Assembly (NCBI RefSeq): GCF_009914755.1
Contig: NC_060936.1
Source: the human T2T-CHM13v2.0 reference genome, Homo sapiens
DNA length: 64,000 nucleotides
Reading direction: 5' to 3' (one strand)
The position numbers and the translations under genes were made by a program. The notes under the pieces are model-generated. The model was given only the letters and a program-made list of their open reading frames with translations. It was not told where the DNA came from and did not search any database. Below are positions 44,780 to 56,822 of the stretch, piece by piece; within the stretch, counting starts at the first letter, position 1, and each line of letters starts with the position of its first letter.

Positions 44780-44824
<45 letters not shown>
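44769..44824. repeat. (GATA)n tetranucleotide STR
   Basis: About 11 uninterrupted GATA units preceded by an interrupted pair, at an Alu tail. Confidence 0.95.
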
Positions 44825-45444
44825 TTTGCTCTGTGCCAGATGTATAGAATCTCATTTCACCCTCACATAAAACCTTGTGAAGTGGTAATATCATCACACT
44901 GTGCACAGTTTACAGAAAAGCCTAGACAGATGATCAACAAGATCAAGTCACTTGCTGAATGTGATTCAGTTTGCAAGGGGCAGAACTGGGATTTGAACCC
45001 AGGTCTGTGTGACTCCCAACAGTGACACCCCACAACCACCACCTAGCCCTGCCTCCAAGAGCAATACACGTCACAGAGGAGGTCAGATCTTGAAGCATCA
45101 AGCCTTCTGCAAATCCTGAACTGGATGCCAAAAGCAAGGTAGGCTGTTTGTCCCCATTTTACAAGTGGGGAAAGTGAGGCTAGGAGTAACGTGCCCAAGG
45201 TGACACGGAGAGTAAATGGCAAAGTCTGAATTTGAGCTCAGGTCTCTTTGACTCCCCAGAATCTGAACTGCTAACTTCTAAATGCTTAGCGTTTCTGGGG
45301 CACCTCCCTAGATGTTTAATTTCAGTATTTGTGGATTAAGATGGAGGTTTCCATTCTCTGCTTCAAGGAAAAAATTTCTCTCTGGGAAGCCAAAAGAACT
45401 AGCCAGGTCCTTCTGGAGAGGATACAAATTAAAAAGTCAGGGAG

Positions 45445-46248
<804 letters not shown>

Positions 46249-46484
46249 TCAGCATCTTCATTTCACAACCGGGAAAAATGAGGCACACGACAGCGGCTCC
46301 GGGACGAAGAGACCCGAGGAAAAGACCGCCGTGGAACTTCCAGTTTCCGGGCCCGCCACCTAGTGTGCCCCAAATCCGCACGCCCATCGGGTTTCCAGCA
46401 CCTGCTCCTCCTGCCTGTGGCCTAGGCCCCGCCCCTCCCGCTGCTTATTGGCTGCTACGTGAACGAGACAAACGCAAGCAACAA

Positions 46485-46503
46485 CCAATGGGAGTGGCCC
46501 ACG
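46485..46503 (+). promoter_or_regulatory. ER stress response element (ERSE-I)
   Basis: CCAAT-gggagtggc-CCACG, exact CCAAT-N9-CCACG. Confidence 0.75.
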
Positions 46504-46639
46504 GCGCGTCTTTCCCGGGGAAGCCGACGCGGACGCGGGAACCCGGAAATGCGAGGGAAGGACAAGTGGGGAAAGCCAATCCGCCGCGACGAGGGCTGCG
46601 GGCGGTTCAATGGCAAGTCGCCGGGGGCGGGGCCAGAGG

Positions 46640-46723
46640 CCGGCGGAGAAGGAGGACCCGGGAGCCGGCGGCCCGGAGCTGGGAGCGCGGGGAAGGCGGT
46701 TGGGGTTCTGACAGCTGCGCGCG
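46640..46723 (+). other. FICD: FICD exon 1 (non-coding; start approximate)
   Basis: Downstream of CCAAT/GC boxes; donor GCG|GTGAGA at 46724. Confidence 0.7.
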
Positions 46724-48305
46724 GTGAGAAGGGGAAAAGCCCTAGGGGCTCGAGAGGATGAAGCCGGGAAGGGTGCGACGGGGCCGCGAGCCCTGGGCGG
46801 GGTTCGGGAAGGGAGGCTCTGCAGTCTTGGAGGGGACTCAGACCGGTCCCCTCCCCTCTCCGGGCCTCAGTTCTCCCTTTCTAGGGAAGTGTGGGGGAGA
46901 GATTCGCGCCTCCCAGAACGCACTCCTTCCCTGCACACACCCCTGGCACCGGCGAACTGCCCCCTTTCCTGTACCGCCCCGCCCAGGAGCCTGTCCCCTC
47001 GGGAAGCCCGCCCAGACCCCTGGACCCGAGCAGCACTCCAGGCGCACCCCTATTAAAGCGCACCCCAAGCCATTTCACATGTTCTGTGGCAATGGGCCAG
47101 GATCCCCATGAGACTCAGAACCCCGTGATCCATCAGTCATTCCTGGGTCAGGACCAGCCCAGAGCAGGTGCACAGGCCCTGCTTAGTAATAAGGTAGAAA
47201 TCGAGACCTGGGGACCGGGTTCAGAGGCCCTGGGGTTTCCTTCCGGATGCCTCTGTTTACCTCCTGTGGGCCTTCTGGAATTTAACTTATGCTCTCTGTG
47301 TCTTGGTTTCCCTTGTCTGTAAAATGGAGCTAGCGGTAGCTCTTCCTTCATAGGGTGGCATGAGGGTGAAACGAGGCAATGCGTGGCCAGTACACTGCTC
47401 AGCACCTAGGACACCATAGTTGCTTAATAAGTGCTTATTGTTAGCATAGTGTTTGCATGCCTGGCCCCACCTCCACTCCCACTGCCAGCCCCAAGCACAT
47501 ACAAGCCATGTTGTCACTGAGGCCAAGCACTGTGGCCCACAGCCTGAGTTCCTTTCGAGATGCTCGAACTGCTCATCTTCTTGATGGGGTCCCTTCTGGA
47601 CAGGCCAGAAATGGAAGGCCAGAGAGGGGAAGGGCACTGTGGGAGCTGTGGCTGAATATCAGGGTGAGGGCAATAAATGAGGCCACCCAACAATTGTGCT
47701 TATCAAAGATTGGGCGTCAGAACTGCTGTGGCTGATCTGCCTGGGTGTCTGTCAGTCATTTATGTCCCAAATGTTTGACATATGTCCACAAATCCAGTGT
47801 TTGTGGTCAGAAGCCACAGGGATATATGGGAAGGGGGGACACTTTAGAGCCGTGGGGTTCCTGAGTTCAAGTCCTAAGGCTGTCACTTGCTCCCGGCGAG
47901 ACTTTCGGCAAGGGACTTCACCTCTCTGAACCTCAGTTCCCTCACCTGGAGAAGGGTGAAAACATCAGCTCAAGTCGTTGAAGATTGCAGGAGGTGACCC
48001 ATGTGAGGCATTTGGTGCTTAGCACACGGCCTGGATTATGGCAAGTGCTCATTAATTGTTGGACCACAGCAGTGTTTTCACATTCATACTGCCCAGGAGG
48101 TGGCACCAGTCCTTCTAGGCTGGCCCCTCCTCTAGTGAGATCCAGTCCTTGACTTGCCCCCACCCCATCTCTCTAGTGAGCTAAAAGAGCAGAAGTCTCC
48201 AAACCCATCTTCCCAGCTGAAGTCACACTATGTCCTGAACGTGTCTGTTTCTCCTGCGACTCTTGGCTCCTTGCAGATCCTGCTCTCTCTCAGCCGCCTG
48301 TGGAC

Positions 48306-48338
48306 ATGCGCAAAGGGCCCTCTCCTGAGTCCAGATGA
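48306..48338 (+). CDS. FICD upstream [13 protein letters not shown]
   Basis: ATG 48306 (G at -3), out of frame with the CDS; TGA 48336-48338 overlaps ATGATG. Translation unproven. Confidence 0.55.
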   Translation: MRKGPSPESR

Positions 48339-48635
48339 TGCTCATACCAATGGCTTCAGTGATGGCGGTGACTGAACCGAAATGGGTCTCGGTCTGGAGC
48401 CGCTTCCTCTGGGTGACGCTGCTGAGCATGGTGCTGGGGTCCCTGCTGGCCCTGCTGCTGCCGCTGGGGGCTGTGGAGGAGCAGTGCTTGGCTGTGCTCA
48501 AAGGCCTCTACCTGCTCAGGAGCAAACCGGACAGGGCGCAGCATGCCGCCACCAAGTGCACCAGCCCGTCCACGGAGCTCAGCATCACCTCCAGGGGCGC
48601 GACGCTGCTGGTGGCCAAGACCAAGGCCTCTCCAG
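48335..48635 (+). CDS. FICD: FICD coding exon 2 (aa 1-100: cytosolic tail, TM anchor); exon starts at 48277
   Basis: [45 protein letters not shown]; acceptor ttgcag|48277; donor CAG|GTAAGA at 48636. Confidence 0.97.
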
Positions 48636-49087
48636 GTAAGACAGACTGGCCGTCTTCCTCAATGCTTGTTAACTGGATAGACAGACATAGAATGTGTCAT
48701 GTCCTGTATGTGGGGCATCGGGGTATTGTGAACAAGTCAGCCCTGAGCTCCTAGTATAGACAAGGTGATGTGACTGAGACAGTGTCACAAGTGTGGTGAT
48801 GGGGAAGCATAAAGGGCTGTAGGAGCATACCAGGAAGGCTCCCTGGAGGAAGTGACACCTGAGCTGGGACCCAGTTGTTAAGTAGGAGTCATCCAGGGTG
48901 AAGGGCATCCAAGGAAAAGGACTCCAGGCAGAGACCAGAGGTTAGTTGTCATAACTGACATAACTGTCGTAAGAGAGCCTGGGGGCATTCGAGGAACTAA
49001 AGGAAGTTGAATGTGTGGGGCTGATCCTCAGGTGGCCAAGAGGGGCCAGGACAGGAGGGCTAGGGCTAGAGCAGGCTCCCCACCTCC

Positions 49088-49256
49088 ACCAGTTCTCTGT
49101 GGTGGGGACTGAAAGTGCATTGTTAGATGGTGGTGGCATCCCTGGCCTCTCCCCATGAGATGCCTGTAGCACTCCCTCCACCTCCTCAGTTATGACAACT
49201 AACCAGGTCTCCAGACGTCACCAAATGTCCCCTGGGGCGCACAATCAAACCACTGG
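49088..49256 (-). mobile_element. MER20-like element in FICD intron 2
   Basis: gcatccctggcctctcccca...ctccagacgtcaccaaatgtcccctgggg. Confidence 0.75.
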
Positions 49257-49761
49257 GTTAAAAGAGTTAAAGAACAGTCCCGGGATGGTTGACGCCCCCA
49301 GGGTCTAGGAAGAGTGGGGAGTTGTTAACGCCTTTGGGCCTCCCGGGGCAGGAACCTGTGTCACCAGCACAAGATGAGCTGGAGATGTAGGAGACGGCCT
49401 ACACTGGGAGCTGTGGCCCACAGGAAAGGCCCAGCAGAGAGGGCCCAGGCGAAGTAAATGCCTAGAACTTTCTATGTCCAGAAAGCAGGAGGCTAGGAAG
49501 CCAAGGAGGTGCCTCCCAGAATACAAGAGAGTGGCTCTGGGGACACACGGATAGTGACTGCATACCACCACACGGCTGGGGCAACAGAGTGGTACCGGGC
49601 ATGTTGAGTACACACGATGCGGCTGCAACAAGCTCCTCAAGGCCAGGGACACAGGCTGGTCATCATGGTTTCCTGCGGAGACCAGCACAGGGGACAGCCC
49701 CCCGAATGTCCTCTGCCCCCTAGCCTCCCTCCCTCACAGCGCTTCTTTGGCTCTCTTCCAG

Positions 49762-50837
49762 CGGGTAAGTTGGAAGCCAGAGCTGCCCTGAACCAGGCCC
49801 TGGAGATGAAGCGCCAGGGCAAGCGGGAAAAAGCCCAAAAGCTCTTCATGCACGCCCTCAAGATGGACCCGGACTTCGTGGACGCGCTCACCGAGTTTGG
49901 CATCTTCTCGGAAGAAGACAAGGACATCATCCAGGCGGACTACTTGTACACCAGAGCATTGACCATCTCACCCTACCATGAGAAAGCACTGGTCAACCGC
50001 GATCGGACACTGCCTCTTGTGGAAGAGATCGACCAGAGGTATTTCAGCATCATCGACAGCAAAGTGAAGAAGGTCATGTCCATCCCCAAGGGGAACTCAG
50101 CTCTGCGCAGGGTCATGGAGGAGACCTACTACCATCACATCTACCACACAGTGGCCATCGAGGGCAACACCCTCACCCTCTCGGAAATCAGGCACATCCT
50201 GGAGACCCGCTACGCCGTGCCCGGGAAGAGCCTGGAGGAGCAGAACGAGGTCATAGGCATGCATGCAGCCATGAAGTACATCAACACGACTCTGGTTTCG
50301 CGCATCGGCTCCGTCACCATCAGCGACGTGCTGGAGATCCACAGGCGGGTGCTGGGCTACGTGGACCCCGTGGAAGCCGGCAGGTTTCGGACAACACAGG
50401 TCCTGGTCGGACACCACATCCCTCCCCATCCGCAGGATGTGGAAAAGCAGATGCAGGAGTTTGTACAGTGGCTCAACTCCGAGGAAGCCATGAACCTGCA
50501 CCCAGTGGAGTTTGCAGCCTTAGCCCATTATAAACTCGTTTACATCCACCCTTTCATTGATGGCAACGGGAGGACCTCCCGTCTGCTCATGAACCTCATC
50601 CTCATGCAGGCGGGCTACCCGCCCATCACCATCCGCAAGGAGCAGCGGTCCGACTACTACCACGTGTTGGAAGCTGCCAACGAGGGCGACGTGAGGCCTT
50701 TCATTCGCTTCATCGCCAAGTGTACTGAGACCACCCTGGACACCCTGCTTTTTGCCACAACTGAGTACTCGGTGGCACTGCCAGAAGCCCAACCCAACCA
50801 CTCTGGGTTCAAGGAGACGCTTCCTGTGAAGCCCTAA
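49762..50837 (+). CDS. FICD: FICD coding exon 3: TPRs, inhibitory helix, Fic domain (protein adenylyltransferase/deAMPylase HYPE)
   Basis: Acceptor ctcttccag|49762; 301+1076 nt = 458 aa + TAA; TVAIEGN (E234 at 50160), [12 protein letters not shown] (H363 at 50547). Confidence 0.99.
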
Positions 50838-52551
50838 CCCTAGAAATCCTCAGTGACAAAGGCTGTCCTGAGGTAGGAAAAAAAAAAAGAAACAGCATTT
50901 CTAGAAACCTAGTCACTTCCTAAAGCAAAAGGAGAAACATTCTTTACCTCCAAATGTTTTAGTTTTAAAAAAAAAAAAAAACTAAGTTATGAAGCCTTGT
51001 CTCTAAAATAACTTATAATTCAACCAAGCTATTTATTTTCTTCTTTGGAGCAAGCTAGTCAGTATTGTATGGTGTCTGCTGTGTCTTGCTGGTGGCCGTG
51101 CTTTAGGGGCAACAGTGCCACCATGTGACCAGAACAAAGGTTCTGGAGCAGAATTTGCACTAAGGTGGAGGAGCGGCCAAGAGGTGTGGGACGGGGCCCA
51201 GAGCCACTGACATAACTCCTCCAAGTGCTTCTCTGAAACAGGCTGAGAGGTTCTGTGACTGCAACTGGGAAGTCAGACCCAAGTCGCAGCTGAGAGAAAT
51301 GGTTGAAAGCTCACTTTCTCAAGGTTTAGATTAGTGGTGACTAACTTCCAAGCAAACTTCATAGAAGAGAAAATGAATGCCGACATTCCTTACTTACCTG
51401 CAGGAAGACTTTTTGAGCCATAGTTTGCAAACTTTAGTGCCAGCAGCTGTTTTTTTTTTTTTTTTTTTTTTCATATTGAGACTATTTTTCTAATTAAGAA
51501 TAGGGGGTAGCCATAAAGAGCTGTATGTTGGAGGGGGAAACATGGTGGGCGGGCAGTTTGGTTTTCTTTGTGTATCCGCGTTTCTCTCACACTTCATTTG
51601 TAGCAACTCAGGCCAGATGTTTTCGTCTGAAATTCTCTGGGCTTGTCATTCCACCTGTATCGTGCTGCAAACCAGGTGTTATGCTAGTAGGCATCTGCCC
51701 TCACCCCTCTGCCTGAGTTTTCTGTAGGCAGATGTTAACCTGAGAAAACAAGTGCCATGTGGACACCAAGTAAGCATTTTTGATAATGAATTAGAGCACC
51801 AGTTTCTACTGAATGGAGCAAAAACCTTCAGCCATGGCCAGGCTGCATCCCTTTGGTCCTGGAGTTTCATCTACTTACTGCCATCTTCCACGGTCTTTGC
51901 ACTGTCCCGTGTCCCATCCCCCTGGGAGGCAGAAGAGATTGCCTCGGAGTGGCCTTATTTTTCTCGCAACTTGTGAAATGATGTAGTGCTCTATGTAATA
52001 TGGCCGAGTTTCCAAGCTGTCATCCAATGGAAGTAGAATCTTCTCTTTGAATCATATGGTACAGGTGCCAATATGACTGCTGCTATTTAGAGTCAGAGAG
52101 GTGGAAGTCACTGGGTCCCTTTCCCAGTGACAGAGCCCATGATGTCTAACACTACTGCACTTTGTCAGTGTGTGAGTGATGGCGAATACGCAGTGTTGTC
52201 TCTTTGATTTGGTAATTCCGTTCCTGACAGTAATGAGGCCACTGCTCTAAAGTAGTTTATACAGTTCTTCAGTTGTATAAATAGCACAGAGTAGTTTTTG
52301 AAAGGTTAAGAAAAATAAGTGAAAAGACATACACGATATATGAAATGGCTCCAAATGATAATTGTTCAAACCTTTATAAAATGTGTTTTCGTACTCTTAT
52401 GCTGCCAGAGGTACTTCTTAAAACTCTTCTCGTCTTGGTTTTATAAGCACACCACGGAGGTCTGACAGATGTGCTTGCTTCTACTACAGAGCAAGAGAAT
52501 TTGCACTTTAGCTATATGTGAAGGATATTATTTTAACAAATTCCTGATTCT

Positions 52552-52557
52552 AATAAA
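52552..52557 (+). terminator. FICD: FICD poly(A) signal (3' UTR ~50838-52575)
   Basis: First clear AATAAA I find after the stop, with U/GU-rich downstream sequence. Confidence 0.7.
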
Positions 52558-53595
52558 GTTATTTTATTACATGAATGCTTGAGACTGTCTTATTTGGGAG
52601 ATGTTCCCATCTGTCATAAGGGCAGTGGGGGTATTCTGACCTTTAGCCCTATTCATAATACTGTTCTGGGAGAGCAACAGATCCAAGATGGTGATTTCCA
52701 TGGGCAAGAGACCCAGAAGTTGGATAAACCGCCTACCTAGGTGGGCAAGGATGAATTACTGATTTTTTTTTACTAACAAACAGTCAAGTAACTGAAGTAG
52801 TTTTTCACATTTCTATTTATCATCAGTTCTGGATTTTCTGGGGAAAACACACAAACCCACTCATGTAGTCCTGGAAATCCATTTCTAGAACAGTCAACAC
52901 CCGGAACCTAACTGGGTTCTGCTCAAGCCTGAAAAGGTTTGCCCCTGTACCAAGCCTGGGCTGACATCTGCAAGTGTGACATTAAGGTCAGAATACTGGC
53001 TGCAGGCAAAGCCAAACCGTTAATGTGAAGCAGCAAAAAGTAAGGCCACACTCACCCATAGTGATATTCAGGGCTCTTCATGTGTCAGGTCCCCAACCAT
53101 GAGGGCTCTGAGCTACCCAAATCATCACACCAGCTGAACAGTCCATCAGCCTTCCAAGCAGCATCACAGAGAACACTGCAGGAGGAACGCGTGGGACAGC
53201 AAAGGTTCTTGCTGCTGTCAATAGCCGCCGCTTGAATTTAATTCAGAAGTAAAGCCTAGTAAAAAGTTGGTTTTGTATAAAAAAGAGATGGAGGGGAACC
53301 TACCTTTTAAGACTTAAGAGGCTTACCAACCAATAATTTACAGGGAGGAGAGCTGATATTTGTAGGAAGGTGGAAATTTGAGTGGACAGTTGATGACATG
53401 AAGGGATTACCACTAATGTTTCTAGGAGTGAAGGCCTTTCAGTCCTCCTGAGACACCTGCCGCAACATTACTGGATGAGCACAATGACATCTGGAACGTG
53501 CCTCAATATAACAGAGGGTGGAGGGGAAACAGACATGAAGGAAGAGGGGCTGGGAGTTGAGGAATGCTGGAAGCTGAATGGTAGGCACACAGGAG

Positions 53596-53601
53596 TTTAT
53601 T
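53596..53601 (-). terminator. SART3: Likely SART3 poly(A) signal
   Basis: TTTATT on + = AATAAA on -, ~1.2 kb past the SART3 stop; alternative ATTAAA at 54068-54073. Confidence 0.65.
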
Positions 53602-54821
53602 TTACTGTTCTGTCTACTTTTTAATCGGTTATATTAAAAAATGTTAAGTTAAAAAAATATAGAAAACCCGACTGATGCACAAAAACTTAAACTTACGCAA
53701 CAGATAAATGAGGAGTTGATTCCCACGACATATACAAGGATTCCCTGACGTCTTTCTCCAGAGTGTCTTAATAAAGCAAGCTTCCCCTACTGAACTGGCC
53801 AATGCTGTTGCTGTTTTCAAAGCAGTAAATATTATTTGATAAAAGATGTGAGGTAAAAAAGCTCAAAAGCTCCAGTGTCAAACTGCTATAAAATGAAGAC
53901 ACATCACAGCTGGAATAATTTAAATCAAAGTGACAATGGGATTTGACTTACAAAAGTTCTATTTACACATCTATTAGGTAAAGCAAGGTACACCCACTTC
54001 AAAACACATCTGTATGTGAATGCACATCTGAGTACCATTCAGCAAGAAGTTTTGAAGAGAACGTCAGTTTAATAAAGCTAAATGGGGAGAATTGAAGTTT
54101 GCATTTGACATGGTATTAAACAAAACCAAAGGGCTGAAACTCATGTTTAGACAACACAGGTCACTAGTCACTAGGCAAAGAAAACAGTCCACAGCAGGTG
54201 GCACAAATAATTCCTATACAAAACAAATGTTGCAAATATTCTGCTTTTAGGAAACATGAAACAAGGGCTGACATGTCATTTACAAACACATAATATAAAA
54301 ATGCACAGCCCCATTGAACAAAACTCCAGCAAATGTTTTATAGCTGACTTCCCTCAGACCCACCCCCACAAGAGGCCATTCTGTGAATTACTAGCATCTG
54401 CCATTTCATCTTTTAAAATTAAAAGAATGACGGGCACATGTGCTGTGCAGGGTGGAAGAGAAGTGTCATACAAAAAGGGGCCGGAGCTGGCCAGAAACAT
54501 TTGGACAACTGTGTCTCAAAAACAGTGTGTTCTCGTTTCGCTTCTGTGCCTCAGTCTTTAAGATACAAAACTATCTCAGGACACCACATCCTGGGCCCAG
54601 CCTGCAGAGTGGTCACTTTTCTGCCACTGCCCTCAATATGAGGGAGCACTGAAAGGCTCTTGACTTAGAACCCCTTCCCCTTTCTGTCTAAAGCCGAGGA
54701 GCCATCTGTGGTTGCGAGCACGCAGCACACCAGGCCTGTCCATCCCCAGTGCACTGCTGGGTGGTGGGAGGTCCGCCGGGCCAGAGTGAAGTAAGGCATT
54801 TCCTGTCTCCCAGCGTCCCGT

Positions 54822-54999
54822 TCACTTTCTCAGAAACAGCTTGGCAAAATCGGCATTGGACATCTTGGGTGCCTCGGTGGCTGCTGGGGCGGCAACTGCA
54901 GGAGCCGCGGCAGGGCCGTTCTCAGCCTGAGGAGCTGCAGCACTTGGGCGCTGCAGGGCACGAGGCAGTAGAGACAGCTGCGTCCTTCCCTTCCCCCTC
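54822..54999 (-). CDS. SART3: SART3 last coding exon (exon 19), C-terminal LSm-interaction motif
   Basis: (A)RGKGRTQLSLLPRALQRP...PKMSNADFAKLFLRK*; acceptor cttttag at 55000. Confidence 0.96.
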
Positions 55000-55681
55000 C
55001 TAAAAGAGCAAACACTGAATGGACCTTTTGAAGCAACAATTCGTGGCCCCTCATTTATTTGTGAAAATAAGCCAAGACAGTTTTAATATAACCAGAAGTT
55101 AAAAGGTGAAAAAAAAAAAAGGATAAGATAATCCCTGCCTCCTTAATTCTGTTTATGAAGTAAAAACTGCTTCAACAGACTTGGCCTTGTTCAGTTTTGG
55201 CAAAGATCAACCCTGAGCACCAGTCACACTCAGAGGGGATCAGTGTGACTATCACCTCTCAGACCTCACCAGTCACCTGGCAATTCTGCTATCTCCTCCT
55301 CATCCCAAACCAGCGAACAGCACAGCTTATGTGGATCATAGCTAGGGCCGTAGACTGGCACACACATGGGTATGAGATTTCTTTGTAAACACACAGATCC
55401 AACTGGCAAAGGGGACTTTAAAATAATCACTGCCTTATTTCTGTCTGAAATAAATGACAAGTGTAAATTGGCCAGTACCAGGCAGAGGTCACTGCCTAGG
55501 CTTGCATCCTGCTCTGGACGCCTTGCTCCAGTGGAACCACAGTGATTACCACAAGGAACAGCACATCTTGGCTTTTCTGTCCTAACAGGAAGCTAATTCA
55601 TCCCGGGTTAATCCCCCCGTGATCCATGAACTGGTGCCAGCCAGGACGAAGTTTGCACTAGTCTACCATGCAAGCACTTAC

Positions 55682-55872
55682 GCTCCGTATGTCTGCGGCA
55701 AAAGCATGGGGCCACCTGGTGCCTTCCTGGTCTCTGGCTTCTCTGGAACTTTCCTCTGAGGAGGGTTGCTGATTGCCACTTTGATGATGTTCTCTTTGAT
55801 AGTCATGCCGTCCATCTTCATCACAGCCTGCGACGCCTGGGATTCATTTTCATACTCCACGTAGGCCAGGCC
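55682..55872 (-). CDS. SART3: SART3 exon 18 (RRM2 C-half)
   Basis: GLAYVEYENESQASQAVMKMDG...QTYGA; AG/GT borders, 191 nt, phase-consistent. Confidence 0.96.
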
Positions 55873-56822
55873 CTGGAAGAGGCAAGATCCAGAACCAAGT
55901 CAGATCCCGCAGACTAGGGACGCAACCTCCTCCTGCAGGGCAGGCACTGGGCTTCCTCCCGGAGACCAGCAGACCAGGCCACAGCAAACGACCCACCAAC
56001 AGGTTACCTTCCCCACCACTGCATCCTCTGTCTACAGGCTTATTTCCCCACCCTACTCTCCTTCCCGAGTGCTGCTATGCACTGTAACTTCAGATAACCC
56101 TTCCAAGTTCAGCACACCTTGTACGTGCTGCAGAAGTAGAAAGAAAGAAGGAAAAAGACAGATGGACCAGTATAAATCCAGCAAATAAACCAAGAGGTGG
56201 ATGGGACACAGGGCCAGCAGCCCAGGTGCCCAGGTGAGCCCTCGTGTTTCTGTGCCTTCACCCGCTCCCTCATTTCATCCTCTTTTTCTCTCCATTAACC
56301 TGGATAAAGGGGAGGGAGAGTGGGCAGTGGGTAGACAGTAATGAAACCACTTACTACTCAAAATGGGGCACAAAAGGACTTAGCAGGAGACTGAGGGGGC
56401 AAGAAGGAAAGACAGGAGAAGAGGCACTGCAATGGAGGGACTCAAGGGGCCTGGTTGGAGGCCCCAGAGAAAGAGAGGCCTGGGACAGAGGGAGAAGGCT
56501 GCAGGAGGGCGCCCACCCCAAAGCCCGTATGCTGCTGGTCACAGGGCTTCCCCCAAGCCCCACAGCCAGGGGCCATAGTGTGGTGAATTCATGATCCTCT
56601 ATTTCCAAGTGTCTTATTCTTTTTAGTACAATTAACTACAAACAGGTTAATCTGACTCCAAATATAAGTAGAGCTAAGTGCAGATCTTTCTGTGAAATTA
56701 ACTTTTGTTTCTCAGCAGACAAACTAGGAACCCATTCTAGAGGTTAAATCATCTTTGAACCGATACAGAAACGAAGTTTGCCCAAGCCTTGAAGACAAGG
56801 CACAATCTGCTCTGACTCTGAC

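Noticed and set aside
46576-46594. Second CCAAT as another ERSE
   Set aside because: After N9 the sequence is CGAGG, not CCACG; a plain NF-Y box.
49617-49761. N-terminal 48 aa of the 406-aa ORF
   Set aside because: Intron 2 sequence in frame by chance; the real exon begins at the 49762 acceptor and gives the 458-aa protein.
50097-50801. Antisense ORFs over FICD exon 3
   Set aside because: Expected shadow of GC3-rich codon usage.
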